Positions 54,460-63,603 are shown, counted from the first letter of the stretch. The stretch: 64,000 nt of DNA from a virus (IMGVR_UViG_3300036762_000188); one strand, 5' to 3'. Notes: generated by a model not told the origin, from the letters alone. Numbers and translations: made by a program.

Positions 54460-55046
54460 TATTGGATATAGAGACACTAGACACTAAAGAAACTGCGGTG
54501 ATACTTAGTATAGGAGCGGTGAAGTTCGACCCTATGAAAGATGGCTACCAGGCTTTCGAGGTAAAGATAGACACTAATCAACCAGGGCGTACCGTATCTG
54601 CTAGTACGGTAGAGTGGTGGGATCTACCACAGAACGCAGCTGCAAAGGCTGACTTGGATAAAGGTCTAAAGGTATCTCTTCGAGATGCCCTAGGTAAGCT
54701 AGCAGTATTTATGTATGGAGCTAACCAGGTATGGGCATGTGATCCTGACTTCGATTTAAAGATACTCAGTAACGCGTATGAGCAGGATGGTACTAAGACT
54801 CCCTATAAGTATAGCTCCGGCCGTTCTATACGCACCATAGAAGATCTATTCTTCGGCGGATGTCAGCGGAATAAAGGCGGCTTGTTCTATCAGAATGATC
54901 TTAAACATAATGCGCTATCTGATTGTATCCTAGAGATGCGAGTAGTTAAGGCTGTGTATGATATCCTATCCAAGTGCAGTATATCAGGAGAGGAAGCTTG
55001 CTCTTACCTAGACGCTTTCGAGGACAATGTAAGTAGATTGGGTTAA
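54450..55046 (+). CDS. DEDDh 3'-5' exonuclease (Rv2179c-like)
   Basis: LDIETL, ILSIGAV, W...PDFD..IL, RSIRT, HNALSD. Confidence 0.88.
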   Translation: MQVVLDIETLDTKETAVILSIGAVKFDPMKDGYQAFEVKIDTNQPGRTVSASTVEWWDLPQNAAAKADLDKGLKVSLRDALGKLAVFMYGANQVWACDPDFDLKILSNAYEQDGTKTPYKYSSGRSIRTIEDLFFGGCQRNKGGLFYQNDLKHNALSDCILEMRVVKAVYDILSKCSISGEEACSYLDAFEDNVSRLG

Positions 55047-55048
55047 AG

Positions 55049-55401
55049 TGTTACAAAAGCATCCTAGAATGTAACACGTTTGTAACACCCTAATCCCAGC
55101 AATGACGCGGCTTTTTCTTGATTTGTTACAAAAAAACATTGTTACATAAAATAATACACATACTATGAGAGAGAGAGGAAGGGGGAGGAATGTATATATA
55201 AATACACTATATAAGAAAAGTGTGTTTTTATATATAGGCCTCTCCCTCTCTCATAGTATGTGTGTGTTCTGGTGTTTCTGTGTTTTCTGTAACGACTCCT
55301 CCATAACCCGCATAGAAGCTAGGATCCAGCGTTACATGGATGTTACAGGATTATGTTTTAATAACATCTATGTTATTTAATGTTATAAGTACTTTAGTAC
55401 A
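55049..55401. repeat. 353-bp dispersed direct repeat, copy 2
   Basis: Near-identical to 32795-33147; lies just downstream of the primase-helicase operon. Confidence 0.9.
55381..55391 (+). promoter_or_regulatory. Class A promoter motif
   Basis: TGTTATAAGTA. Confidence 0.65.
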
Positions 55402-55421
55402 CTTAAAACTAGGAGTTAAGG

Positions 55422-55712
55422 ATGATAATAGCAAGAAAGCCACCTGCTGGGTCTGTAGTATACAAGGCGGATCGTAAGCTTAGTACCGTAGATGAGTTAA
55501 GGATCAATTCCTCCTCTACTAAATCGGTATGCTATAACCACGTAGGTACTTACCGTAAGGACTCTCCTTATGTTAAGGTGGGGTTACCAAGAGTATACTC
55601 ATCTCCTGAAGATCTAGGAGTGGGCACTGTCAGTATCTTCCGTCTATTTAATAAAAGACGGTTTATCCTGACAGATAGTCTATCAGAGGCTATTGATTAT
55701 GCGGGGATCTAA
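55422..55712 (+). CDS. Hypothetical protein
   Basis: AGGAG RBS; 96 aa. Confidence 0.65.
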   Translation: MIIARKPPAGSVVYKADRKLSTVDELRINSSSTKSVCYNHVGTYRKDSPYVKVGLPRVYSSPEDLGVGTVSIFRLFNKRRFILTDSLSEAIDYAGI

Positions 55713-55827
55713 CCCCCTAGAAGTCCTCTACCTGTTAGTAGTTATACTGCTGATAGTAGGAGGGCTTGCACACTCACTATGCCTGGTATATGATAGTATT
55801 GTAATAATATGGGAATTACCTTACTAA
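55699..55827 (+). CDS. Small membrane peptide (42 aa)
   Basis: GAGG RBS; MRGSNPLEVLYLLVVILLIVGG...; not in the ORF track. Confidence 0.4.
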   Translation: MRGSNPLEVLYLLVVILLIVGGLAHSLCLVYDSIVIIWELPY

Positions 55828-55840
55828 TAAGGTAATTTCC

Positions 55841-55851
55841 TGTTATAACTA
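55841..55851 (+). promoter_or_regulatory. Class A promoter motif
   Basis: TGTTATAACTA upstream of the ligase operon. Confidence 0.55.
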
Positions 55852-55881
55852 CATGTGGCACTTTATTTTTTAGGAGTCCCT

Positions 55882-55980
55882 ATGGACAAGGATAAACGTA
55901 AAGAGAGATTAGCACGTTCGGTTAAGGCTCGTATAAAACGCAAGAACGCTAAAGTTCGTAAGATTCTAAAGGAGGCTTAA
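55882..55980 (+). CDS. Very basic 32-aa peptide
   Basis: AGGAG RBS; MDKDKRKERLARSVKARIKRKNAKVRKILKEA; stop overlaps the ligase ATG. Confidence 0.55.
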   Translation: MDKDKRKERLARSVKARIKRKNAKVRKILKEA

Positions 55981-57242
55981 TGGAAACTTCTATTTTATTT
56001 AAGATAGATTCTCAGGGTAAGACTCGCTGCTGGCAGGGAAAGGTCTTAGAGAATGAAGATGGAACTGCGACTATATGTAGTGAATCCGGTATCTATAAAG
56101 GTAAGATAACATCTACACCTATACATGTTACTGAAGGCAAGAATGTTGGTCGTAAAAACGCCACTACCCCCTATGAACAGGCTTGTAAAGAAGTCAACTC
56201 GTCTATGCAGAAGAAACTCACCGAGGGTTACACGGAGAACTTAGATGAGTTTGTTAAATCTGGGGTCATGCTTGCGTTGCCTGCCGATCTACACCTTCAT
56301 AAAATGTCTCAGCTGTGCCTAGCACAGCCCAAGATAGACGGTGTCCGATTGTGGATAAAGAAAGACGACCATTTAGTCCTCAACACCAAGTCCGGTAAAT
56401 TACATCCAGAGTTCTTAAGAGAGACCGTATGGGCGTCCTATCTAGAATCGACTATGGTGAAAGGTGAGGAGTTAGATGGGGAGTTATACATACACGGCGT
56501 AGAACTGCCGGATATAAATGCGTTAGTTAGATCCTATAAGCTAACCACCCGAGAGCTACACGCCCTATGCTCTCCTGTAGAAGGCGGTACTTTAATCAAG
56601 TGTACTGCAGCCCAGCTCAAGAGCCAGGTATTCCAGGGTGAATTCGACACGGACTACGTAGTAGCCCATTCAGAGAAGATGTATAAAGGCATGTTCGTGC
56701 CTATCCACATGTCACAGCTGCGCACTATAGGTACTATGGACTTGGAGTATTGGATCTTCGATGCACCTAGCGATAATGCTACCGAGGATCGTCTGGCTAA
56801 GATTGAATGTATGCGAGATGCGGAGGCTCATATGATCCGTATAGTACCTTCTACTCTAATAGATAAATCCAAGCTAGGAGAATTCAATGATGAGATGGTA
56901 GAGCTGGGATTTGAAGGTACTATGTTACGAAACCCCTCTACTCCATATCATTATGATTATAGATCACCGTCCCTGCTTAAGTATAAAACGTTTATAGATG
57001 AGGAATTCCTTATCATAGACATGGCGTTAGATCGCGAAGGCAATCCTACACTAGTATTCCTGAGTGAAGCCGGTTACGAATTCAGATGTAGGCCTACCGG
57101 TAACAAGACGTTCCGCGCACGACTACTCAAGGATAAGTATAAGGTAATAGGTCTGCACGCCACTATACGTTTCCAGGCTTATTTTGAAGACACTCTAGTA
57201 CCTCAATTCGGTAGGGTTATAGATATAAGAGACTACGAATGA
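55980..57242 (+). CDS. ATP-dependent DNA ligase
   Basis: Motif I QPKIDGVR, LDGELY, IFD, EGTMLR, LLKYK. Confidence 0.92.
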   Translation: METSILFKIDSQGKTRCWQGKVLENEDGTATICSESGIYKGKITSTPIHVTEGKNVGRKNATTPYEQACKEVNSSMQKKLTEGYTENLDEFVKSGVMLALPADLHLHKMSQLCLAQPKIDGVRLWIKKDDHLVLNTKSGKLHPEFLRETVWASYLESTMVKGEELDGELYIHGVELPDINALVRSYKLTTRELHALCSPVEGGTLIKCTAAQLKSQVFQGEFDTDYVVAHSEKMYKGMFVPIHMSQLRTIGTMDLEYWIFDAPSDNATEDRLAKIECMRDAEAHMIRIVPSTLIDKSKLGEFNDEMVELGFEGTMLRNPSTPYHYDYRSPSLLKYKTFIDEEFLIIDMALDREGNPTLVFLSEAGYEFRCRPTGNKTFRARLLKDKYKVIGLHATIRFQAYFEDTLVPQFGRVIDIRDYE

Positions 57243-58447
57243 GTAAGTATGACAAGCTAGATTTAGAAGAGCTCTACGAGCTAGCGGCCGTAAAGGCCAC
57301 CCCGGGTATAGTACAGGCGATAGTATCTAAAGAGGATTTCTCCTCCTTCAAACATCCGTACTGGGATATAATCTGCAAAACCCCTGGTAAGCCAGGGCCA
57401 CCTATAAGCGTAGACTACCGTCCAGTGGATATTCTAGTTATACAGAATAACCTACCATTCCCTGAGAAATATAAGAAGTCCGGTCAGCTCACTGCTATAT
57501 ATGAGCGCCAGATACGTTCTATGGTAGACGCCTCTATAGGGTTCACTTCCCTTATGAAGACTCCTGCTGTGCCATTTAGAACTCCTAAGGGTAAGGTATC
57601 TTCTACATACACCATAACCCACGCGAGACCGTACCTTCCGTACCTCCTAGAAGAGATACGCCGGCGCAAGCCTAAGGTGCTGGTATCTTTAGATACCAAC
57701 GTCACTAAGCTTCTGGGCCTGGCTAAATCCAACGGTGGTAATAAGGGTAATAGAGGTGAGATACATATATCACCTCTAGTAGGCCTACCTGTGGTTATCA
57801 CTCTCAACCCGCGCTTCTTAAATATGATACGCCAGCAGGCTAGTGGTGGTACGTGGGGTGATGACTATTACTCGGTCATTAAGCGTGATATGGAGAAGGC
57901 GGTGCAATTACTAGAGGTTAAGAAGCCCGCTCTAGAGGATGCAGTTAAAGAGGTTGCCTCTAGAATACACGTATGTGAGAGCATAGAGGACGTAAGATAC
58001 TGGACTGACATAATGTGCAAGCTTCCGGCGGGGCAGTTTACCTCCTGGGATCTAGAGACTACTTCTTTAGATCCGTGGAGTGACGACGCACGTATCTTAA
58101 CTAGTCAGGTAGGCATGCGCATAGACGGTGAGATTTTAAACATAGTCATACCTTTGTGGCATAAAGATAATAAGGGGTATGATCCGCAGGAGGCATTCGA
58201 TATACATCGTAGTTATTTAGAGCGTGATTCTGCTAAGGTAGGCCACAATATAACTTTCGATATAGTATTTCTGGCAGTCACTACGGGCGTACGATTAAAA
58301 GGTACCATAGTATGCACCTTGCTAGCTCTGCATAGTATGGATTCTGGTATCACTGGTTGTTACGGCTTGAAAACAGCCGTATGGGATCACCTACCCTGGT
58401 CAGGGCTAGGTGGATATGAGGATTTATTAGAATGGTCAGGAAGTTAG
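57239..58447 (+). CDS. DNA polymerase A N-terminal part: degenerate UDG-like domain plus 3'-5' exonuclease motifs I-II
   Basis: PYLLEEIRRRKPKVLVSL (UDG-like), WDLETTSL (Exo I), GHNITFD (Exo II), YGLK. Confidence 0.75.
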   Translation: MSKYDKLDLEELYELAAVKATPGIVQAIVSKEDFSSFKHPYWDIICKTPGKPGPPISVDYRPVDILVIQNNLPFPEKYKKSGQLTAIYERQIRSMVDASIGFTSLMKTPAVPFRTPKGKVSSTYTITHARPYLPYLLEEIRRRKPKVLVSLDTNVTKLLGLAKSNGGNKGNRGEIHISPLVGLPVVITLNPRFLNMIRQQASGGTWGDDYYSVIKRDMEKAVQLLEVKKPALEDAVKEVASRIHVCESIEDVRYWTDIMCKLPAGQFTSWDLETTSLDPWSDDARILTSQVGMRIDGEILNIVIPLWHKDNKGYDPQEAFDIHRSYLERDSAKVGHNITFDIVFLAVTTGVRLKGTIVCTLLALHSMDSGITGCYGLKTAVWDHLPWSGLGGYEDLLEWSGS

Positions 58448-58899
58448 TATTAGACATGATGGCTGTGGCGCGTAGTTTGAACGGGGAGGATACTATAGAC
58501 TTAGTCGACTGGCAGGCTGGGGTTATATCGTCCGGTGTGTACGGTCGCAATGAGTTTTGTAACGTCCTGTCTTTCATGCGCAACTCTAGAGGTGCCGTCA
58601 AGCGGCCCTCTAAAGTTAAGTCTACTGATTACCATGATAATCTTAAGTTTATAGTGCTCAATTATTTTGACTTTAGAGATTTTATTATACCTACATTTTT
58701 AAGTAGTATCAGCGGTAAGAGTAAACCCTTCATTAAACGTTTTTTAAAGGATATATTCGGCAACCCTAACGTCTCTCTAATAGATATACGTTTTGGTGAT
58801 TGTTTCACCGCCGCGGATCTGATACAGGCGTTAGTCAGCTACTACAGAAGTAGCGCGATATATCTACACTCGAGAGGCTTAGATAGGTTATATGGCTAA
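58432..58899 (+). CDS. Hypothetical protein inserted within the split polymerase locus
   Basis: 155 aa, overlaps both polymerase halves. Confidence 0.6.
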   Translation: MVRKLVLDMMAVARSLNGEDTIDLVDWQAGVISSGVYGRNEFCNVLSFMRNSRGAVKRPSKVKSTDYHDNLKFIVLNYFDFRDFIIPTFLSSISGKSKPFIKRFLKDIFGNPNVSLIDIRFGDCFTAADLIQALVSYYRSSAIYLHSRGLDRLYG

Positions 58900-60412
58900 A
58901 CCCCCTACATACGAGTATTACGACTACGACGATCTATGCCTGTACGCAGGTATAGATACCGAGGTTACGCTTAACCTCTTGGCTAAATTGATGCCACAAA
59001 TACGGACGTCCCCTGAATACTTCAAATCTATTAAGGGTACTATAATCCGGAGTAACGCCACGTCCATCTGGAGGGAGTTGTTAGACGTAAAACAGCTAGC
59101 TTTAGAATTCACCTGCAACCTCAAGATAACAGGTATGCAGTATGACATACCAGCTAACGCTCGTATGGCCGTTATCATGGAGAAGGATCTCGAGGATACC
59201 CGGCTGCGTATCAATGCTGCAGTAGGAAGGGATGTTCCTCTGAGCGGTGATGGTTTCAGTAAGTTCTTATTCAGAGATATGCGTCTGGTATCTGATGTTA
59301 AGACGGACGGCGGTGACGACGCTACCTCTGGAGAGGCTTTAAAACACCTGTACGAAAAATATGGCCATGAGTGGCTGTTAGATATTAAGAGATACGTAGA
59401 AGTACGGGCTATGTATAATGGATTTATCAATGATTACGTAGATAAATTCGTCAAGAAGGACGGCAGGATACACTGTGACTACAATCTGCAGGGTACTAGC
59501 TCTCACCGTATATCCTCTACCAATCCTAACATGCTCAACATGCCACGCCCCTCAAGGGCGTATCCTCTCTACAATATCCGTACTCTATATACTGCCACGG
59601 AGGGTCATTCCCTACTAGCATTCGACTTCTCTTCCTGTGAAGTTAAGATCCTAGCAGCCCTGTCGGGCGATAAGAATATGATATATGCATGTGAACAGGG
59701 TTATGACTTCCATACGTTTACTGCGTCTATGATCGAAGGGGTTGGTTACATCGAGTTCCACGCCATGGTGGAGGACGAAAGCCACCCTCGACATAAATGG
59801 GCTAAAGAGCGTCGTCAATTCGCTAAGGCCGTAACCTTCGGTTTGCTATATGGCTCTTCTGTAGCTGGTATCGCCGCTACTCTTAACGTAACTATACCGG
59901 AGGCGGAGGCTATCATCGCAGGTTACTTTGATAGGTTCCCTGACGTTAAGGTATACATAGATGATTGTCACGCTATGGCCCGTATGAACCATTATATGGT
60001 CACTCCATTCGGCCAGCGTAAGCAAGAGCACGGTTCCCGTGATGTATTCAGAGGTACCTCTGTATACAACGCTTCATTCCGTAATGCCCAGAACGTAAGT
60101 ATTCAATCACCTGCTTCTACAGTAGGTTTGATATGCTTCGCCATGCTAGATCGTGATTTACGTAGACGCGGTATAGGACGCGCAGTACTTACAGTATATG
60201 ACTCTGTAGAATTTGAGGTATTACACGGTCATGAAGCAGAGGCTGCTGAATTAGCGTACTACTATCTAGATGATTGGCCTGTGGATAATTTCGACTGGTT
60301 AACCTTTAAGATCGGGTGCGACGGGGAGATAGGCTTTAACTTCGGTGAGTTGCATAAGATACACCGCGGTGTAACACAGGAGGATATAGAAGAGTTACTT
60401 AACGCTGCATAA
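58892..60412 (+). CDS. DNA polymerase family A, C-terminal part (Exo III plus polymerase domain)
   Basis: YAGID, TSSHRISSTNPN, motif A DFSSCEVK, motif B RQFAKAVTFGLLYG, motif C VYDS. Confidence 0.92.
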   Translation: MAKPPTYEYYDYDDLCLYAGIDTEVTLNLLAKLMPQIRTSPEYFKSIKGTIIRSNATSIWRELLDVKQLALEFTCNLKITGMQYDIPANARMAVIMEKDLEDTRLRINAAVGRDVPLSGDGFSKFLFRDMRLVSDVKTDGGDDATSGEALKHLYEKYGHEWLLDIKRYVEVRAMYNGFINDYVDKFVKKDGRIHCDYNLQGTSSHRISSTNPNMLNMPRPSRAYPLYNIRTLYTATEGHSLLAFDFSSCEVKILAALSGDKNMIYACEQGYDFHTFTASMIEGVGYIEFHAMVEDESHPRHKWAKERRQFAKAVTFGLLYGSSVAGIAATLNVTIPEAEAIIAGYFDRFPDVKVYIDDCHAMARMNHYMVTPFGQRKQEHGSRDVFRGTSVYNASFRNAQNVSIQSPASTVGLICFAMLDRDLRRRGIGRAVLTVYDSVEFEVLHGHEAEAAELAYYYLDDWPVDNFDWLTFKIGCDGEIGFNFGELHKIHRGVTQEDIEELLNAA

Positions 60413-60413
60413 C

Positions 60414-60424
60414 TGTTATAAGTA
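60414..60424 (+). promoter_or_regulatory. Class A promoter motif
   Basis: TGTTATAAGTA. Confidence 0.6.
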
Positions 60425-60440
60425 TCAAAAGGAGATACTT

Positions 60441-60581
60441 ATGAAACTGATAGTAACTGCGTTGATAGTATACTGGATTCTGCGTGCGGCTAAAAAGGCC
60501 CACATAGCCGAGTCTATTCTGGCAGTAGTGGGGTTCTTCGGAGTCCTACTGCTGATCATAATGCTAGGAGGTGCTCTATGA
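60441..60581 (+). CDS. Small membrane protein (46 aa)
   Basis: AAGGAG RBS; MKLIVTALIVYWILRAAKK...; not in the ORF track. Confidence 0.6.
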   Translation: MKLIVTALIVYWILRAAKKAHIAESILAVVGFFGVLLLIIMLGGAL

Positions 60582-60772
60582 GTATACTAATAGCGTTAGT
60601 GTCGTTAGTCGTCATATCGATTGTGTTCTTTAGCATAGTCTTTACGATGTTCCCACCTGCCATTATCGTAGCAGCTTTAATGGATAAATCCCCTACTGTT
60701 AACCTAACGGTTAATCAGTGGATTGTAATTGACCTGATTATAGGACTGATATTACTATGCTTATTAACTTAA
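60578..60772 (+). CDS. Small membrane protein
   Basis: Two hydrophobic segments; GGAGG RBS. Confidence 0.6.
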   Translation: MSILIALVSLVVISIVFFSIVFTMFPPAIIVAALMDKSPTVNLTVNQWIVIDLIIGLILLCLLT

Positions 60773-61011
60773 CTGATGCCCTCATACCGAGGGCAGAGGA
60801 CCTAGAAGAATTACCGGTCCTTTTTCGTCTAGTGGGCAATATAGATCGCGTGGAGGACTTCGCAGATGCTATAAATGTTCTTGGAGTAGACACAGTCGTG
60901 TTGGATGTGTCTGATGAGTATCTAGAGGTTTTATCAGATCTAGTCCCTGACGTAGAGCTGATAGACCTGGCAACTTACTTGGAGTCTAGCGATGAAGTCG
61001 ATAGATCATAG
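60757..61011 (+). CDS. Acidic hypothetical protein
   Basis: 84-aa coupled ORF. Confidence 0.6.
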   Translation: MLINLTDALIPRAEDLEELPVLFRLVGNIDRVEDFADAINVLGVDTVVLDVSDEYLEVLSDLVPDVELIDLATYLESSDEVDRS

Positions 61012-61639
61012 AACTGTAGAGGTTATAGACTGCCATGGAATATTAGTGTCTAGCTTCCTGTCAGACGACCGCTCTGTGATATGGATATCGACTAGCGATC
61101 TAGTAGAAACTCTAGGTTTAGATATAGAGGAGGAGGGCGAACCTTTTACTCTGTATGATTACCGTGGGCATCCCACTGTACACCGCTGTATAACGCATGA
61201 CATGTTGAACCACTATCTATTCTCAGTAGACTGTGCCGACCGCGGTACGCTAGATGAGCTACGCAAGTGGTTACTATGTGAAACACTACGTTTCTGGGAG
61301 CGTTTCAAGAACGCACCTGCATCTATGTCCATACAGGACGCCCTAGCAGTCATAGACCGGCGACACGCCGAGTCGGCAGCGTGGGTATCTCTACCTGGGA
61401 TAGTTCTTACTGATCTACCCTATCACTCTCTGGGTCTACCAGGCCCTGTAGCCAAAAGTACTCTTAACGCTAAGGAGCATATGTTCATTACTATGGTCCA
61501 AGACTTGGTATTATCAGAGTGCATACTATCTCTAGATACTGGAGATGATCCCGGCGAACGTTATTCAATGCTAGTCAACGCCATCGAAGAACCTTTACTC
61601 GCCATAGGTAATGTAATAAGGAGACGTTATGGAAAATGA
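60992..61639 (+). CDS. Diverged P22 antirepressor N-terminal-like protein
   Basis: Similar layout to 61790 and 62613 (IDCHG..WIS..LVETLGL..LNHYLFSV..RFW). Confidence 0.45.
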   Translation: MKSIDHRTVEVIDCHGILVSSFLSDDRSVIWISTSDLVETLGLDIEEEGEPFTLYDYRGHPTVHRCITHDMLNHYLFSVDCADRGTLDELRKWLLCETLRFWERFKNAPASMSIQDALAVIDRRHAESAAWVSLPGIVLTDLPYHSLGLPGPVAKSTLNAKEHMFITMVQDLVLSECILSLDTGDDPGERYSMLVNAIEEPLLAIGNVIRRRYGK

Positions 61640-61793
61640 ACTGTTAGAAGCCCTAGCTAACTTAGTAAAGGAATGTGAGGATGACGGGTGGGATGATGAA
61701 GGCCCTTCGGATCCTCTAGTAAAGGCTCGTGAGGTGCTTGTTAAATATAATGCAGCACCCTGTTATAAGTTAAGTACCAAGGAGAAATTATGA
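61629..61793 (+). CDS. Small hypothetical protein (54 aa)
   Basis: AAGGAG RBS; MENELLEALANLVKEC...; not in the ORF track. Confidence 0.55.
   Translation: MENELLEALANLVKECEDDGWDDEGPSDPLVKAREVLVKYNAAPCYKLSTKEKL
61761..61771 (+). promoter_or_regulatory. Class A promoter motif
   Basis: TGTTATAAGTT. Confidence 0.5.
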
Positions 61794-62611
61794 GAACATA
61801 CCTGCAAGACGTTACCACCGTTAATTTTTACGGTTCAGATATTGTAACCGGTTTCTGCGAAGAGACCTCTAAATTTTACGTACCCATGAAGCACATCGTA
61901 GAAGATCATCTGGGGTTAGGCTGGGAGGTTCAACGTAGAAAATTAGATGAATCACCTATCTATACACCTATCCTGGTATCCGGTGAATCACTAGGTGATA
62001 GCTTCAATAACGCCAATGAGTACATCTGCCTGCCACTGGCGGAGCTTAACATCTTCCTCTGCCAAATCAACGTACTGCGAGTACCTGTAGAAGTGCGAGA
62101 TACCCTGTTGAAATATCAGCTTGAGTGTACTACAGTGCTCCACGATTACTGGATGTACGGCGCTGCTATAAACGGCCGTGTTAAGCCATTCGACGTCACC
62201 TCTGATCTACGTGACTATCTACCGCTTAAAGAAGTACACCGCCGTTTCACTCGCGCAAGTGAGTCCTATGCCGAGTATTATACTCGTCAATCTGATAATG
62301 ACACTAACGCCGAGAGCGTACGAACTGCCGTATACTCGATCATCCAGGAATTCAATATGAAAGTCCCTGGCGATGATATGTCTGTCATTGAGGAGTTTAT
62401 ATTAGCCTACCAGTTAAAAGCGGTAGCCGATATACTGTACTTAATGATTCGTAATGAAGTGTGTAGCGTAGCGGATGAATTCGTCGAATGTATCACAGCT
62501 AACCTACTAGCATGTACTAATCACAGTATGGGCGATATCCTTACTATCAAGGCTCCATACTCACCATTCCCAGGCGCTAACGATGGCCTACCACGTGAAC
62601 TAAGAGGTTAA
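61790..62611 (+). CDS. P22 antirepressor N-terminal domain (P22_AR_N-like) protein
   Basis: VNFYG, YVPMKHIVE..LGLGW..QRRKL, CLPL..LN.FL.IN, YQLEC..VLHDYW. Confidence 0.8.
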   Translation: MRTYLQDVTTVNFYGSDIVTGFCEETSKFYVPMKHIVEDHLGLGWEVQRRKLDESPIYTPILVSGESLGDSFNNANEYICLPLAELNIFLCQINVLRVPVEVRDTLLKYQLECTTVLHDYWMYGAAINGRVKPFDVTSDLRDYLPLKEVHRRFTRASESYAEYYTRQSDNDTNAESVRTAVYSIIQEFNMKVPGDDMSVIEEFILAYQLKAVADILYLMIRNEVCSVADEFVECITANLLACTNHSMGDILTIKAPYSPFPGANDGLPRELRG

Positions 62612-62612
62612 T

Positions 62613-63335
62613 ATGTTAGATATTACTCAAATAACTGAAGTCAATTTCTACGGTGACGTCCTCCACTTAGTGGAGGGTACTGACACAGATACTGGAGAGA
62701 CTGTGCCCTGCGTAAGTGTGGCGGAGATTACGGAGAACCTGTCGGTATCTAACTTCGATCGCTTTCTAGACGATGAGCGCGTAGACGTATTCAACACGGA
62801 TAGCGGCTACATGGTGCCGGTACGACATCTTCCTGCAATGCTTATGCTTATCGGTAAAGACGAGGTTATCCCTGAGAAGTGGGGCGAGCTCCTGGTGTAC
62901 CAGCGTGAGTGCGGTGATGCCCTATACAACTACTGGATTCACGGTGTAGCGGTAAACGGAAGAGAGACTCCTTACGACGTACGCTCTAAGTTCAAAGACT
63001 TCCGGGTATCTAGCCGTCCGGCGTTAATCGAGGCGTGTAAAGAATATGCCACCGCTACAGGTAATGACCCTGACACAGTGTTTAATAAAGTATTAGCTAA
63101 CTGCTATGAGATTGCCCGCTTAAAGCCTCTGCATGAGTATGAAGCTTTAAACGGTACTCAGGCTACTTTCTTAGCCAGTATTGAAGTGCGTTACGCTAAT
63201 ACGTTGCGTCACTGTGTGGCGTGGGGTAAGAACCCTGAAGATATGGCGGTCGAGGACGTACGTGCGTACGCCCAGACTGTAGGTCAGATGTGGTTACGTC
63301 TAGCAGACGATATACCACCGGCGTTGTTTACTTAA
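62613..63335 (+). CDS. P22_AR_N-like protein, paralog of 61790
   Basis: VNFYG, YQRECGDALYNYW.HG.A.NGR..P.DV. Confidence 0.75.
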   Translation: MLDITQITEVNFYGDVLHLVEGTDTDTGETVPCVSVAEITENLSVSNFDRFLDDERVDVFNTDSGYMVPVRHLPAMLMLIGKDEVIPEKWGELLVYQRECGDALYNYWIHGVAVNGRETPYDVRSKFKDFRVSSRPALIEACKEYATATGNDPDTVFNKVLANCYEIARLKPLHEYEALNGTQATFLASIEVRYANTLRHCVAWGKNPEDMAVEDVRAYAQTVGQMWLRLADDIPPALFT

Positions 63336-63603
63336 CGCTTTCTTTCAGGATAGCGCTAGCTCGGAACTTAGGTACTCTCTTAGCCGGGATATCGATGGGC
63401 TCACCTGTCTGCGGATTACGGCCGCTACGAGCTTCACGATTGATGGTATAGAAAGTACCTAAACCTGAGATAGACACTTCGCCTTCATCAGCGATAGCTG
63501 AGGCAACTTTATTAAACAGAATGTCTACTAGACGCTTTGCATGTGCCTTAGAGTTGATGCCTTCCTGTTCTGACATGAAGTCAATAAGATTAGATTTGTT
63601 CAT
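63328..63603 (-). CDS. HU/IHF-family histone-like DNA-binding protein
   Basis: MNKSNLID, GLGTF, REARSGRNPQTGE, IPAKRVPKFRAS..LKE. Confidence 0.95.
   Translation of the reverse strand: MNKSNLIDFMSEQEGINSKAHAKRLVDILFNKVASAIADEGEVSISGLGTFYTINREARSGRNPQTGEPIDIPAKRVPKFRASAILKESVK

Noticed and set aside
58432-58899. Homing endonuclease, intein or group I intron in the polymerase
   Set aside because: No recognisable nuclease or intein motifs, and the ORF fills the whole gap, leaving no evident intron core; splicing is not formally excluded.
1146-60031. Numerous antisense or nested ORFs in the track (e.g. 1146-1430, 21310-21780, 33152-33763, 36679-37218, 58924-59430)
   Set aside because: They are shadow frames fully overlapping well-supported genes, with no RBS or motifs.
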